Shown: piece after piece, positions 36,357-45,101 of the stretch
Position numbering within the stretch: position 1 is the first letter of the stretch
How the letters are laid out: every line of letters starts with the position of its first letter
NCBI GenBank assembly: GCA_965242525.1
Contig: OZ251459.1
Location: 4,000,001-4,064,000, forward strand
DNA length: 64,000 nt
Origin: an uncultured Candidatus Binatia bacterium
GTDB taxonomy: Bacteria > Desulfobacterota > Binatia > UBA9968 > JAJDTQ01
Direction: 5' to 3'
Translations under genes and position numbers: made by a program
Notes under the pieces: model-generated
Told to the model about the DNA's origin: nothing
Seen by the model: only the letters and a program-made list of their open reading frames with translations
Database searches by the model: none

Positions 36357-36447
36357 TTGCGATTTCGTTCCGGTTGCCCTAGTCCTATGGCGAGACGCGG
36401 ACCCCGCAGCGGACGTTCCGCTGCTCCACATCGGACGAGGGGGGAAC

Positions 36448-36870
36448 ATGGGCATCGCAGCCATCGATCATTGGGTCCTCGTGGTCCGGGACCTGGAGGA
36501 GACCTTCGCGTTCTACCGGAAGCTCGGCCTCGACGCGGGCTGGCAGGAGCGGCCGGGCGGACGAGGGAAGCGGCCCATCGTCCGCATCAGCGAGACCCAG
36601 AAGCTGAACTTGTACGTGGCGGACCGCTACGAGACCGAGAGCCCGACCCACGCGCCCCACTACGCCACGGGGGCCGCGGACTTCTGCCTGCGGTGGGAAG
36701 GGACCGTGAGGGAAGCGCAGACTTTCCTGGAACGGGCCGGGGTTCCCGTCATCTCGGGTCCGGTGGAGCGCACCGGCTCCCGGGGAGTGGGCGTGAGCCT
36801 GTATTTCCGCGACCCCGACGACAACCTGATCGAGCTGATGACCTACGGCGACCCCGAGTACGCCCCATAA
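36448..36870 (+). CDS. VOC/glyoxalase family protein
   Basis: IDHWVLVVRDLE...FYRKLG, GPVERTG, SLYFRDPDDNLIEL. Confidence 0.92.
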   Translation: MGIAAIDHWVLVVRDLEETFAFYRKLGLDAGWQERPGGRGKRPIVRISETQKLNLYVADRYETESPTHAPHYATGAADFCLRWEGTVREAQTFLERAGVPVISGPVERTGSRGVGVSLYFRDPDDNLIELMTYGDPEYAP

Positions 36871-36923
36871 ACCCGATGACGGATGCGGGCGGGACGCCCG
36901 CGCTCCCGGGGAACGCCCCCCGC

Positions 36924-38126
36924 CTACGCCGCCTCTGGGCGCGGGCCGACGGTGACGGGGCCCGGCCGGTAGAGGGGTTGGCGGATCCCGGACTCGTCCA
37001 CGTCGAGCTTGTAGAGCCCGACCGCGTTGTCCATGAGGATCTTCTTGCGCTCCTCCGCGGACTCCACGTCCTGCAGCGAATGGGTCCTGCACCACACGGA
37101 CTTGGGCCACGTGGTGGTGCCGTGGGGGTAGTCCACCGAGTAGAGGATCTTGTCCACGCCGATCTCGTCGCGGCTCCGGATGCCGTGGCGCTCGTGCCAG
37201 AAGGTGCTCCACATGTTGGACCGGAACACCTCGCCGGGCTTCCGGGTGAGGCTGGTGTGGTCGGCCACCCTGCGCTCCTCGAACTCGTGGTCCAGCTCTT
37301 CCAGCAGGTACGGCAGCCAGCCCACGCCGCTCTCGACGCTGATGGCCTTGAGCCTGGGGAACCGCTCGAACACGCCCGAATACAGGATGTTGGAGACGAT
37401 CTCCATGTGGCTCACGAAAGTCATGGAGACCCGCAGGGCGAACTGGGCGCTCCCTTCCAGCGAATCCCACGCCGGCAAGGCGGGCAGCGCGGTGGAGTGC
37501 AGGCACAGGGGCACGTCCAGGTCGCAGCACGCCTGGTACACCGGATGCCAGTAGGGGTCGTTGAAGTGCTTCAGCCCCAGCACGTGGGGGGCGCCGTGCC
37601 ACACCAGCGCCTTGTGGCCGCGTTTCACCGCGCGATGGATCTCGGCCACGCACAGGTCCACGTCCCACATGGGGGTGACGCACTGGGCCACGAACCTGGG
37701 CGAGTAGTCCTGCCACTCTTCGATGAGCCAGTCGTTGTACGCCCGGATGCAGGCCAGTCGGAACTCCTCGCTGCCCTCCTTCTGGAAGTTCTGGTTGGTG
37801 ATGCCGATGACGTTGGGGAAGAGCACCGTGGCGTCCAGCTCCTCCTGGTCCAGGACCTTGAGGCGCTCCGACGCCACGTAGGTGGAGGGAGGCACGTCGT
37901 CCCAGGTGCGCACGTCGGGGTTGACGCCCGCGACCCGGGCCAGACCGCCGAACCCCTTGTTGTCGCCGCCCAGGACCCAAGTCTGGCTGCCGTCCGGCAG
38001 GTCCACGATGTGCGGGATGTCGTCGCCGAACCTGGCTTTGGACATGCGGTTGGTCCAGACGTCGGGCGCCTCCTGGATGTGGTCGTCCGCGGAGACGACG
38101 CCGTATTTCATCTTCAGGGTCGCCAT
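36924..38126 (-). CDS. amidohydrolase family 2 protein
   Basis: VSADDHIQE, AYNDWL, PLCLHS, VESGVGWLP, YSVDYPH. Confidence 0.92.
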   Translation of the reverse strand: MATLKMKYGVVSADDHIQEAPDVWTNRMSKARFGDDIPHIVDLPDGSQTWVLGGDNKGFGGLARVAGVNPDVRTWDDVPPSTYVASERLKVLDQEELDATVLFPNVIGITNQNFQKEGSEEFRLACIRAYNDWLIEEWQDYSPRFVAQCVTPMWDVDLCVAEIHRAVKRGHKALVWHGAPHVLGLKHFNDPYWHPVYQACCDLDVPLCLHSTALPALPAWDSLEGSAQFALRVSMTFVSHMEIVSNILYSGVFERFPRLKAISVESGVGWLPYLLEELDHEFEERRVADHTSLTRKPGEVFRSNMWSTFWHERHGIRSRDEIGVDKILYSVDYPHGTTTWPKSVWCRTHSLQDVESAEERKKILMDNAVGLYKLDVDESGIRQPLYRPGPVTVGPRPEAA

Positions 38127-38243
38127 GGGGTCCCTCGTGCGCCTGCGTTCCCGTCGCCGATCCTTCCGCCTCGGAGCGGACCGCGCCAAGCCGGGGCCGA
38201 ATCTACTATCGCCCCCTGACCGCTGTCAATCCGGGACCGCCGT

Positions 38244-38278
38244 ACCCACCCTGACCCTCCCCCTCAAGGGGGGAAGGA
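38244..38278. repeat. third REP-like palindrome family
   Basis: acccaccctgaccctccccctcaaggggggaaggaa stem-loop. Confidence 0.5.
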
Positions 38279-38287
38279 ATCGGAGGT

Positions 38288-38733
38288 GGCTCTTCCGGCT
38301 TTCGTGTGGGTAAGGCAGGATGGAAAGGGGAGCGACAGGGATCACGCCGTCATTCCCGCAGCCGCCCACTCCGTCATTCCCGCGAAAGCATGTCCTCGCG
38401 GAAGCGGGGGCGGGAATCCAGCCATTTTGTACAACGAGGTAGAGAAAAGGAACCTCTGAACAATCGAAAGATCCAGGATGGATTCCCGATTCCCTCACCC
38501 TGACGCCCCTATTTCCGTTCGTCCTGAGCGTAGCGAAGCGGAGTCGAAGGACGTGCTCGTGCCCCCTGTACGGATTGTTCAGAGGTTCCAAAAGTGGATT
38601 CCCGCTTTCGCGGGAATGACGGAGTGGGGCGTCCGCGACGCCAAACCGAAAACGGCATGGTCGGAACAGGAAGGAAGCTAACCTCATCGTGTGCGTGGGG
38701 AGTGTCACAATCCACACGAATTCCTGAAGAGCC
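38288..38733. mobile_element. MITE-A copy containing a REP1 doublet (38372-38621), itself interrupted by MITE-B (38449-38589, TSD AAAA)
   Basis: tcggaggt[ggctcttccggctttcgtgtggg...tccacacgaattcctgaagagcc]tccgaggt. Confidence 0.72.
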
Positions 38734-38772
38734 TCCGAGGTTTTCCCGGCGCATCCTGAAGTTCTCCGGTTC

Positions 38773-39059
38773 GGAACCTCTGGACGATCGGGACGGGGGC
38801 ATGAGCGCGTCCTTCGACTCCGCTTCGCTACGCTCAGGACGAACGGGGGGGACTTCGCTTCGCTACGCTCAGGATGAACGGGAGGACTCCGCTTCGCTAC
38901 GCTCAGGACGAGCGGGAGGACTCCGCTTCGCTATGCTCAGGACGAACGGGAGGACTTTGCTTCGCTACGATCAGGATGAACGGGGATAGGGGCGTCAGGG
39001 TGGGGGAATCGGGAATCCATCCTGGACCATCCCGGATGTCCCGATCGTTCGGAGGTTCC
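38773..39059. mobile_element. MITE-B copy, TSD GTTC, with 5 tandem ~34-bp REP2 units
   Basis: gttc[ggaacctctggacgatcg...cgatcgttcggaggttcc]gttc; units start near 38816, 38851, 38885, 38919, 38953. Confidence 0.82.
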
Positions 39060-39061
39060 GT

Positions 39062-40372
39062 TCATAATTCCCGGGGCCGCAGTTCCCGGAGGCGCTCCGT
39101 GTCGAAGAAGCGGCGCAGGACGCGGCTCAGGTCGAAGGCGTCCTGGGCGCCGGCGAGTTCGCGGACCGAGTGCATGGCCCACTGGGGAGCGCCCACGTCC
39201 ACGGTCCGCACGCCGGTCTCGGCCGCGGCCAGGGGTCCGATGGTGCTGCCGCAGGGCATGTCGCTGCGCGCCGCGAACGTCTGCACGGGCACGCCCTCGT
39301 CTTCGGCCAGCCGGCGGAAGGCCGCGGCGGTCTCGCTGTTGGTGGCGTAGCGCTGGTTGGCGTTGACCTTGATGACCGGACCGCGGTTCAGCCGCGGTCC
39401 GTGGTTGTCGTCGTGCCGGTCGGCGAAGTTCGGATGGACGGCGTGGGCGTTGTCCACCGATACCAGCATGGAGCGGGACAGGGCCCGGTTGCGCTCTTCC
39501 GGGTCCGGCAGCAGGCGTTCCAGGACCTGCGTCAGCATGGGGCCGCGGGCGCCGGACGCGGTGGTGCTCCCCACTTCCTCGTGGTCGTGGCACGCCAGCA
39601 GCGCGCCGGTCCCGGGGCCTGCGTCCAGCAACGCCCGGAGGCCGGTGAAGCAGCTCAGCAGGTTGTCGAGCCGGGCCGACGCGAGGAACTCCCGGTCCAG
39701 TCCCACCAGGGCGGGCGGCTGGGTGTCGTAGAGCAGCAACTCGTAGTCCAGCACCCGGCCCACCTCCGCGCCGGCGTCCTCCTCCAGCCGCCGGCGCAGC
39801 AGCGCCTTCAAGCCGTCGCCGCGGCTCTCCCCCAGCACCGGCGGGAGGCAGGTCTGGGCGTTGACCGTGCGGTTCTCGTTGGCCTCCCGGTCCAGGTGGA
39901 TGGCGAGGCTGGGGATCACCGCAACGGGCCGGGCGAAGTCCACGAGACCGTGCGCGAGGGCGCCGCCGCGGTCGAGGTAGCTCACCCGTCCCGCCAGGGA
40001 CAGGTCCCGGTCGAACCACGGGTTCAGGAGCGCTCCGCCGTACACCTCCACCGCGAGTTGCAGGCATCCGTGCCGCTGCAACTCCGGCTCTGGCTTGACC
40101 TTGAGGCACGGCGAGTCCGTGTGGGCGCCCGCCATGCGAAGACCGCGCTCGGCGAGGGCGCCGCGGGCAGGCGCGGTCCAGGCGATGAGGGAGGAATCGT
40201 TGCGGGTGGTGAAGTAGCGCCCGTTGGGCTCCAGCCGCCAGGCGTCGGCCTCGGGCCGGTATCGGAAGCCGGCCTCCGACAGCCGCTGCGCCATCTCCCG
40301 GACCGCGTGGAAGGGCGTGGGCGACGAGGCCAGGAAGTCCATCAGTTCCCGGTTGAAGCGTTGCAGGTCCAT
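39062..40372 (-). CDS. apeB: M18 family aspartyl aminopeptidase
   Basis: SPTPFHAV, AHTDSPCLKVKP, ARLDNL, DHEEVGS, DNAHAVHPN, CGSTIGP, AMHSVRE. Confidence 0.93.
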   Translation of the reverse strand: MDLQRFNRELMDFLASSPTPFHAVREMAQRLSEAGFRYRPEADAWRLEPNGRYFTTRNDSSLIAWTAPARGALAERGLRMAGAHTDSPCLKVKPEPELQRHGCLQLAVEVYGGALLNPWFDRDLSLAGRVSYLDRGGALAHGLVDFARPVAVIPSLAIHLDREANENRTVNAQTCLPPVLGESRGDGLKALLRRRLEEDAGAEVGRVLDYELLLYDTQPPALVGLDREFLASARLDNLLSCFTGLRALLDAGPGTGALLACHDHEEVGSTTASGARGPMLTQVLERLLPDPEERNRALSRSMLVSVDNAHAVHPNFADRHDDNHGPRLNRGPVIKVNANQRYATNSETAAAFRRLAEDEGVPVQTFAARSDMPCGSTIGPLAAAETGVRTVDVGAPQWAMHSVRELAGAQDAFDLSRVLRRFFDTERLRELRPREL

Positions 40373-40426
40373 GGTTCTTCGGGGCGCGGTGGAGGGCCGT
40401 GCGTCTCCGGGCCGCGGAGGCGCGGC

Positions 40427-41425
40427 TCAGGGCAGGCGGTATTCCCTCCGGGGGTTGGCCACCGCCACGAGTTCGACCGCGGCGGGGTCGAGGCCGGCCC
40501 GCTCCAGGCTCCCCAGGGGGTCCGGGTCGCCGGGCGGGAACGGCGCGTCGCCGCCCAGCAGGATGCGCTCGGTCCCCACCAGGTCCCGCAGGAACCCCAG
40601 CGCCTCCCGGCTGTGCACGATGCTGTCGTAGAGGAAGCGCCGGAGGTAGGCGCTGGGCGGGTGCGCCGCCCGGTCTCCGGTGGCGTTCCGGTCCGCGGCC
40701 TCGTGCATGCGGTCGAAACGGCCGATGAGGTAGGGCAGGCTCCCGCCCCCGTGGGACAACAACAGCCGGAGCCTGGGAAAGCGGTCGAGGGTCCCGCCCA
40801 GGATCAGGGAGCCCGCGGCCAGGGTGGTGTCCATGGTGTAGGCGCAGGTCTGGTTGAGGCTGAACTTCTCGGCCCTGGGCAGCGGCTGCGGCAGGGAAGG
40901 GTGGACGAAGACCGGCGCGTCCAGGGTCTCGCAGGCGCTCCAGAACTCGTTCAGGGGGACTTCCCCCAGGTTCCGTCCGTGGACGTTGGCGGTGACGATG
41001 ACGCCCGCGGCGCCGTTCCCCATCCCGCGCTCCAGCTCCCGGGCCGCTCCCGCGTCGTCGTCCAGGGGCGCGGAAGCCATCCACGAGAACCGCTCCGGAC
41101 GGGCCGCACACAACTCCGCGGTGGCGTCGTTCAGGATGCGGTGCCACGCGCGGCACTTGGCCGGGTCCATGCCGTAGCCGAAGACGTCGGTCCACACGGA
41201 CAGGACCTGCCGTTGCACCCGCTGCCCGTCCATCTCCCGGAGCCGGGCGTCCACGTCCAGCAGGCCGGGAAGGAAGGGGCGCACTTCCAGGCCGTGGTCG
41301 AACCGGCAGCAACGGGACCCGGGCGCCTTCTCCACCAGCGCGATGCCGAGGGCCGCGCCCTTGTCCGCCAGCGTCTCCAGGACCGCGGGGGGCACGAAGT
41401 GGGCGTGTACGTCAACCGCGGTCAC
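40427..41425 (-). CDS. amidohydrolase family 2 (ACMSD-like)
   Basis: VDVHAHFVP, VFVHP, LSHGGGSLPYL, YDSIVH, LGGDAPF. Confidence 0.92.
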   Translation of the reverse strand: MTAVDVHAHFVPPAVLETLADKGAALGIALVEKAPGSRCCRFDHGLEVRPFLPGLLDVDARLREMDGQRVQRQVLSVWTDVFGYGMDPAKCRAWHRILNDATAELCAARPERFSWMASAPLDDDAGAARELERGMGNGAAGVIVTANVHGRNLGEVPLNEFWSACETLDAPVFVHPSLPQPLPRAEKFSLNQTCAYTMDTTLAAGSLILGGTLDRFPRLRLLLSHGGGSLPYLIGRFDRMHEAADRNATGDRAAHPPSAYLRRFLYDSIVHSREALGFLRDLVGTERILLGGDAPFPPGDPDPLGSLERAGLDPAAVELVAVANPRREYRLP

Positions 41426-42224
41426 GGGAACGGTCCATCAGCGCCTTTTCCTGGCCGCCGTCGATCTCGATCATGGTCCCGTTGACGAAGTGCATGAGCG
41501 GCGACGCCAGCATGACCACGAGGTTGGCCACCTCCGCGCTCTCGGCAATGCGGCCCAGGGGGATCGAGCGGGGCGCAAGCCGGTCGGCCTCTTCGTAGCT
41601 CAGGCCCATGTCCCGGGACATGCTCTCCACCAAGCCGGCCCAGCGTTCGGTGCGGACCGGGCCCGGGTTCACCGCGGCGAAGCTGATGCCGTACCGGCCG
41701 TACTGGCCCGCCAGCGCCCTGGTCAGGTTCTGGCCCGCGGCGTTGGCCGCGCCCGGCGCCACCTCCCAATAGGAGGTCTTGACCCCGTCGTTGCCGATGA
41801 GGTTCACCACGCGCCCGCCGCCCTGCTCGCGCATGATGGGCAGGGCGTAGCGCAGGCAGCGCACGTAGCCCATGAACTTGAGCTGCAGGGCTTGGGCCCA
41901 GTCGTCCTCGGTCAGGTTCTCGATGACGCCGCCGGGAGCGGAGCCGGCGTTGTTCACCAGCACGTCGATGCGCCCCAGGGCGTCGGCCGCGGCGTGGACG
42001 AACCGGCGCGCGTCGTCGTCCCGGGTCAGGTCCGCGGCGATGGGGACCACCTTGCGTCCGTAGGCGCTCGCCGCCGCGGCCGCGGCCTCCTCCAGCGGCC
42101 CCGCCCGCCGGGCGCACATGGCCACGTCCGCGCCTTCGCGCGCCAACGCCTCCACGATGGCCTTGCCGATGCCCGCGCTGCCGCCGGTGACCACCGCGGC
42201 CTTTCCTTCCAGTTGCAGGTCCAT
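41412..42224 (-). CDS. SDR family oxidoreductase
   Basis: VTGGSAGIG, LVNNAG, VNPGPVRT, IDGG. Confidence 0.93.
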   Translation of the reverse strand: MDLQLEGKAAVVTGGSAGIGKAIVEALAREGADVAMCARRAGPLEEAAAAAASAYGRKVVPIAADLTRDDDARRFVHAAADALGRIDVLVNNAGSAPGGVIENLTEDDWAQALQLKFMGYVRCLRYALPIMREQGGGRVVNLIGNDGVKTSYWEVAPGAANAAGQNLTRALAGQYGRYGISFAAVNPGPVRTERWAGLVESMSRDMGLSYEEADRLAPRSIPLGRIAESAEVANLVVMLASPLMHFVNGTMIEIDGGQEKALMDRSRDRG

Positions 42225-42251
42225 GGCTCTTGCTCCCTGCCGTGGGTCCGG

Positions 42252-43982
42252 TCAACGGCCGTGACCCACCGCTCCCTTTTCCGGGTCCGTGCCGGCGAAC
42301 AGGCCCCGGAACCGCTCGCGCAACTCCGCCTTCACCACTTTGCCCAGCTCGTTGCGGGGGATGGCGTCCACCGGAACGACCCGCTTCGGCGTCTTGTAGG
42401 ACGCGAGCTCCGTCTTCAGATACCGGATGCACGCGCTTTCGTCGAACTCGCCGGACGGCGCGGTCTCCACCGCCGCGACCACGGCCTCGCCGAAGTCCGG
42501 GTGCGGCGCGCCGAACACCGCGGCGCCGGCCACCCCGGGGCACCGGCCCAGGACTTCCTCCACCTCCCCGGGATAGACGTTCAGGCCGCCGGTGATGACC
42601 ACGTCGGTCTGCCGCCCCAGGATGCGAACGCAGCCCTGGGCGTCGATCTCCGCCACGTCCCCGGTCACGAACCAGCCGTCTTCGGTGAACGCCCGCTCGT
42701 CCGGGCGGAGCCAGTAGCCGGCGAAGACGTTGTGCCCCCGGGTCTCCAGCACGCCCGCGGCCGAGGACTCGAAGCGCCCGCGGTCGTTGGCCACCCGTAC
42801 CCGCACCCCGGGCAGCGGCCACCCCACCCATCCCTGCCGTCCCGCGGCGCCCGGCGGGACCGCGGTGACGATGGCGGCCTCGGTGGAGCCGTAGCGCTCG
42901 ACGATCTCCATGCCCGTGACCCGCCGGAACTCCTGCGCGGTTTCCCGCGGCAGCGGCGCCGAGCCGGAGACGGCCAAGCGCAGCGCCCCCGCCGCCGCGG
43001 CCAAGCCCGGCTCCCGGACCAGACGCGCGTAGTGCGTGGGCACCCCCATGATGACGGTGCAGCCGGGCAGGGCCCGCAGCACGCTCTCCGGCTCGAACCG
43101 GGCCAGGAAGCAGACCGCGCCGCCGGCCCGGAGCATGACGTCGATGGCGGTCAGGAGCCCGTGGGCGTGGAAGGCCGGCAGCGCGTGCAGCAGCACGTCC
43201 CCGGGCCCCAACCGCCAGACCTCCGCCAGCGCCTCGGCGCTGTCGGCCAGGTTGCCGTGGGTGATGAGCGCGCCCTTGGGCCGTCCGGTGGTGCCGGAAG
43301 TATAGAGCAGCGCCGCAGGCGCATGGGCGGGCAGCTCCACGGCGTCGGCCGCGGACCCGGAGGCTCGGGCCAACTCGGCAAAGGAACCCTGGCCGCCCTG
43401 GGAACCCCGGCTGTCCTGGGATCCCTGGCCGCCCCAGGAATCCTGGCCGCCCCGGAGCCCTTGGCTGTCCCAGGAACCTTGGCCGTCCCGGGAACCCCGG
43501 CTGTCCCGGGAACCTTGGCCTCCATGGATCCCTTGGCTGCTCCAGGAACCCCAGCCACCCCGGGAACCCTGGCTGTCCCGGGAACCCCAGCCGCCCCGGA
43601 GTCCCTCGATGCGGAAACCGTGGGTCGCGGCGGCCGCGGCGAAGGTCTCGGTCTCGTCGGGGTCGCACACCAGCAGACGGGGGCGCGCGTCGGCCAGCAG
43701 CGCCTCCGTCTCTCGCGGGGTATAGGCGGTGTTCATGGGGTGGAGTATGGCGCCGACCTTGAAGCAGGCGTGGGCCAGGAACACCGCTTCCACGCACTTG
43801 TGGACCTTTACCGAGACCCGGTCCCCCGGCCGGACGCCGCAAGCGGCCAAGGCGCCCGCGGCGTGGTCGATGGCGGTGGTCGCGTCCCCTGTGGAGAGGG
43901 ACGGCCCGCCCGGCAGGACGAAGGCCGGGTCGTCGTCGGCTCGGTGGCCGTACAGTGCATGGATCAGGTTGCCGCTGGTCAT
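42252..43982 (-). CDS. AMP-dependent acyl-CoA synthetase (malonyl-CoA synthetase MatB-like) with a low-complexity insertion
   Basis: YTSGTTGRPKG, HALPAFHAHGL, MGVPTHY, ERYGSTE, WFVTGD, PRNELGKV. Confidence 0.88.
   Translation of the reverse strand: MTSGNLIHALYGHRADDDPAFVLPGGPSLSTGDATTAIDHAAGALAACGVRPGDRVSVKVHKCVEAVFLAHACFKVGAILHPMNTAYTPRETEALLADARPRLLVCDPDETETFAAAAATHGFRIEGLRGGWGSRDSQGSRGGWGSWSSQGIHGGQGSRDSRGSRDGQGSWDSQGLRGGQDSWGGQGSQDSRGSQGGQGSFAELARASGSAADAVELPAHAPAALLYTSGTTGRPKGALITHGNLADSAEALAEVWRLGPGDVLLHALPAFHAHGLLTAIDVMLRAGGAVCFLARFEPESVLRALPGCTVIMGVPTHYARLVREPGLAAAAGALRLAVSGSAPLPRETAQEFRRVTGMEIVERYGSTEAAIVTAVPPGAAGRQGWVGWPLPGVRVRVANDRGRFESSAAGVLETRGHNVFAGYWLRPDERAFTEDGWFVTGDVAEIDAQGCVRILGRQTDVVITGGLNVYPGEVEEVLGRCPGVAGAAVFGAPHPDFGEAVVAAVETAPSGEFDESACIRYLKTELASYKTPKRVVPVDAIPRNELGKVVKAELRERFRGLFAGTDPEKGAVGHGR
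43383..43598 (-). repeat. 12 x 18-bp in-frame tandem repeat
   Basis: Units like ggaaccc(c/t)ggc(c/t)g(c/t)cc(c/t)g on the + strand, encoding (G/D)(G/S)(Q/R/W) triplets. Confidence 0.9.
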
Positions 43983-44033
43983 GGCCGGGTCGGGATTCTG
44001 CGTCTGTGTCGAGAAAACTCGGAAGAAACTCCG

Positions 44034-44545
44034 GGCGCTTCAGGCTTTCGTGCGGGTTGTGACACTCCCCTCCCATGCGATGTGGTCCGATCCCCACCCA
44101 TTCCGACCATGCCGTCCTCGGTTTGGCGTCGCAGACGCCCTACCCTCCGCAGACGCCCCCTTCCGTCATTCCCGCGAAAGCGGGAATCCATCCGGTTTCA
44201 TCGCTCTCGTTGTACAACCCACTCCAGCTCGGATGACCCTTCTCGATCCACTCGATCTTCCTTGACCGATTCCGTTTCCGGACCGCCTTTTCTCTCCGGA
44301 TAGCGCTTTCCATGGGTTCAGGAACTTCGTTCCAACCAACCATGGCACAGTGATGCAGGGCGTCTCGAGGTTGGGTCGGAAGGACGGAAACACGGGAGAA
44401 TGGATGGATTCCCGCTTTCGCGGGAATGACGAAGGGTGGGGCATCTGCGGGAATGAGGGGAGTCGGCGTCTGCGGGGCAATGACCGCGTGTTCCTTTTCG
44501 CTCCCCTTTCCCTCCTGCCTTGCCCACACGAAAGCCGGAAGATCC
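44034..44545. mobile_element. MITE-A copy carrying REP1-[GIY-YIG remnant]-REP1
   Basis: ggcgcttcaggctttcgtgcggg ... cccacacgaaagccggaagatcc; internal arms homologous to 38288-38733 in reverse orientation. Confidence 0.7.
44205..44395 (-). pseudogene. internally deleted GIY-YIG nuclease (UPF0213-like) remnant
   Basis: VSVLPTQPRDALH resembles the N-terminal VYILAS..NGTLY; GWNEVPEPMESAIRREKAVRKRNRSRKIEWIEKGHPSWSGLYNE resembles WYE.H..M.SAI.REK.IKKW.R.WK..LIE..NP.W.DLY. Confidence 0.75.
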
Positions 44546-44547
44546 CG

Positions 44548-44949
44548 CTAGCTCAGCTCGTCCCGACGCATGCTCAGCAGCACCGCTGCGCCCGCGGACC
44601 CCACCATCGCCATCAGGGTGTAAACCACCGCCAGGATGGTTTCGCCGCTGCCCGACGGCGGGTGGTAGCGCCAGTACATCGCCGAGTTCAGGATCACGTA
44701 GATGGCGTACGCGTGGGCCAGCCCGAGGGCGAAGCGCTTCATGTACCAGAGGCCCAGGCCGTACACCACCAGGTAAGCGCCGAAGGCCAGGCTCCACAGG
44801 AGGTTGTCGCCGCCCGCCAGACGGGTACCGAGCAGGACGAAGCCGCTCTCCCCGCGGAGGTCCAACGGCTTCAGGAGGTTCGAGACCGCCAGCAGCCAGA
44901 AGCAGATGGCGAGCCCGCAGAAGACCCGATCCCGTGGTGGTCCAGCCAT
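44548..44949 (-). CDS. hypothetical membrane protein
   Basis: Four hydrophobic segments; RBS AGGAGG; SNLLKP, YGLGLWYMKRFAL. Confidence 0.75.
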   Translation of the reverse strand: MAGPPRDRVFCGLAICFWLLAVSNLLKPLDLRGESGFVLLGTRLAGGDNLLWSLAFGAYLVVYGLGLWYMKRFALGLAHAYAIYVILNSAMYWRYHPPSGSGETILAVVYTLMAMVGSAGAAVLLSMRRDELS

Positions 44950-45101
44950 GGTCGTCCTCCTTCCCGCGGCGGTCTCGTCACCGTCTCCGCGAACCCGGTC
45001 TCCGGGAGGGGCCTTCGGGCGCGCCGGGGCTATCCCGCCCGCCGGTGCGCCATCCACCCGCCGCTTCCCGGTAAGCGGGACGCCTACGGCCAGGACCGGG
45101 G

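Noticed and set aside
38816-38986. CRISPR array
   Set aside because: Units are head-to-tail with no unique spacers, match the dispersed REP2 family, and there are no cas genes in the window.
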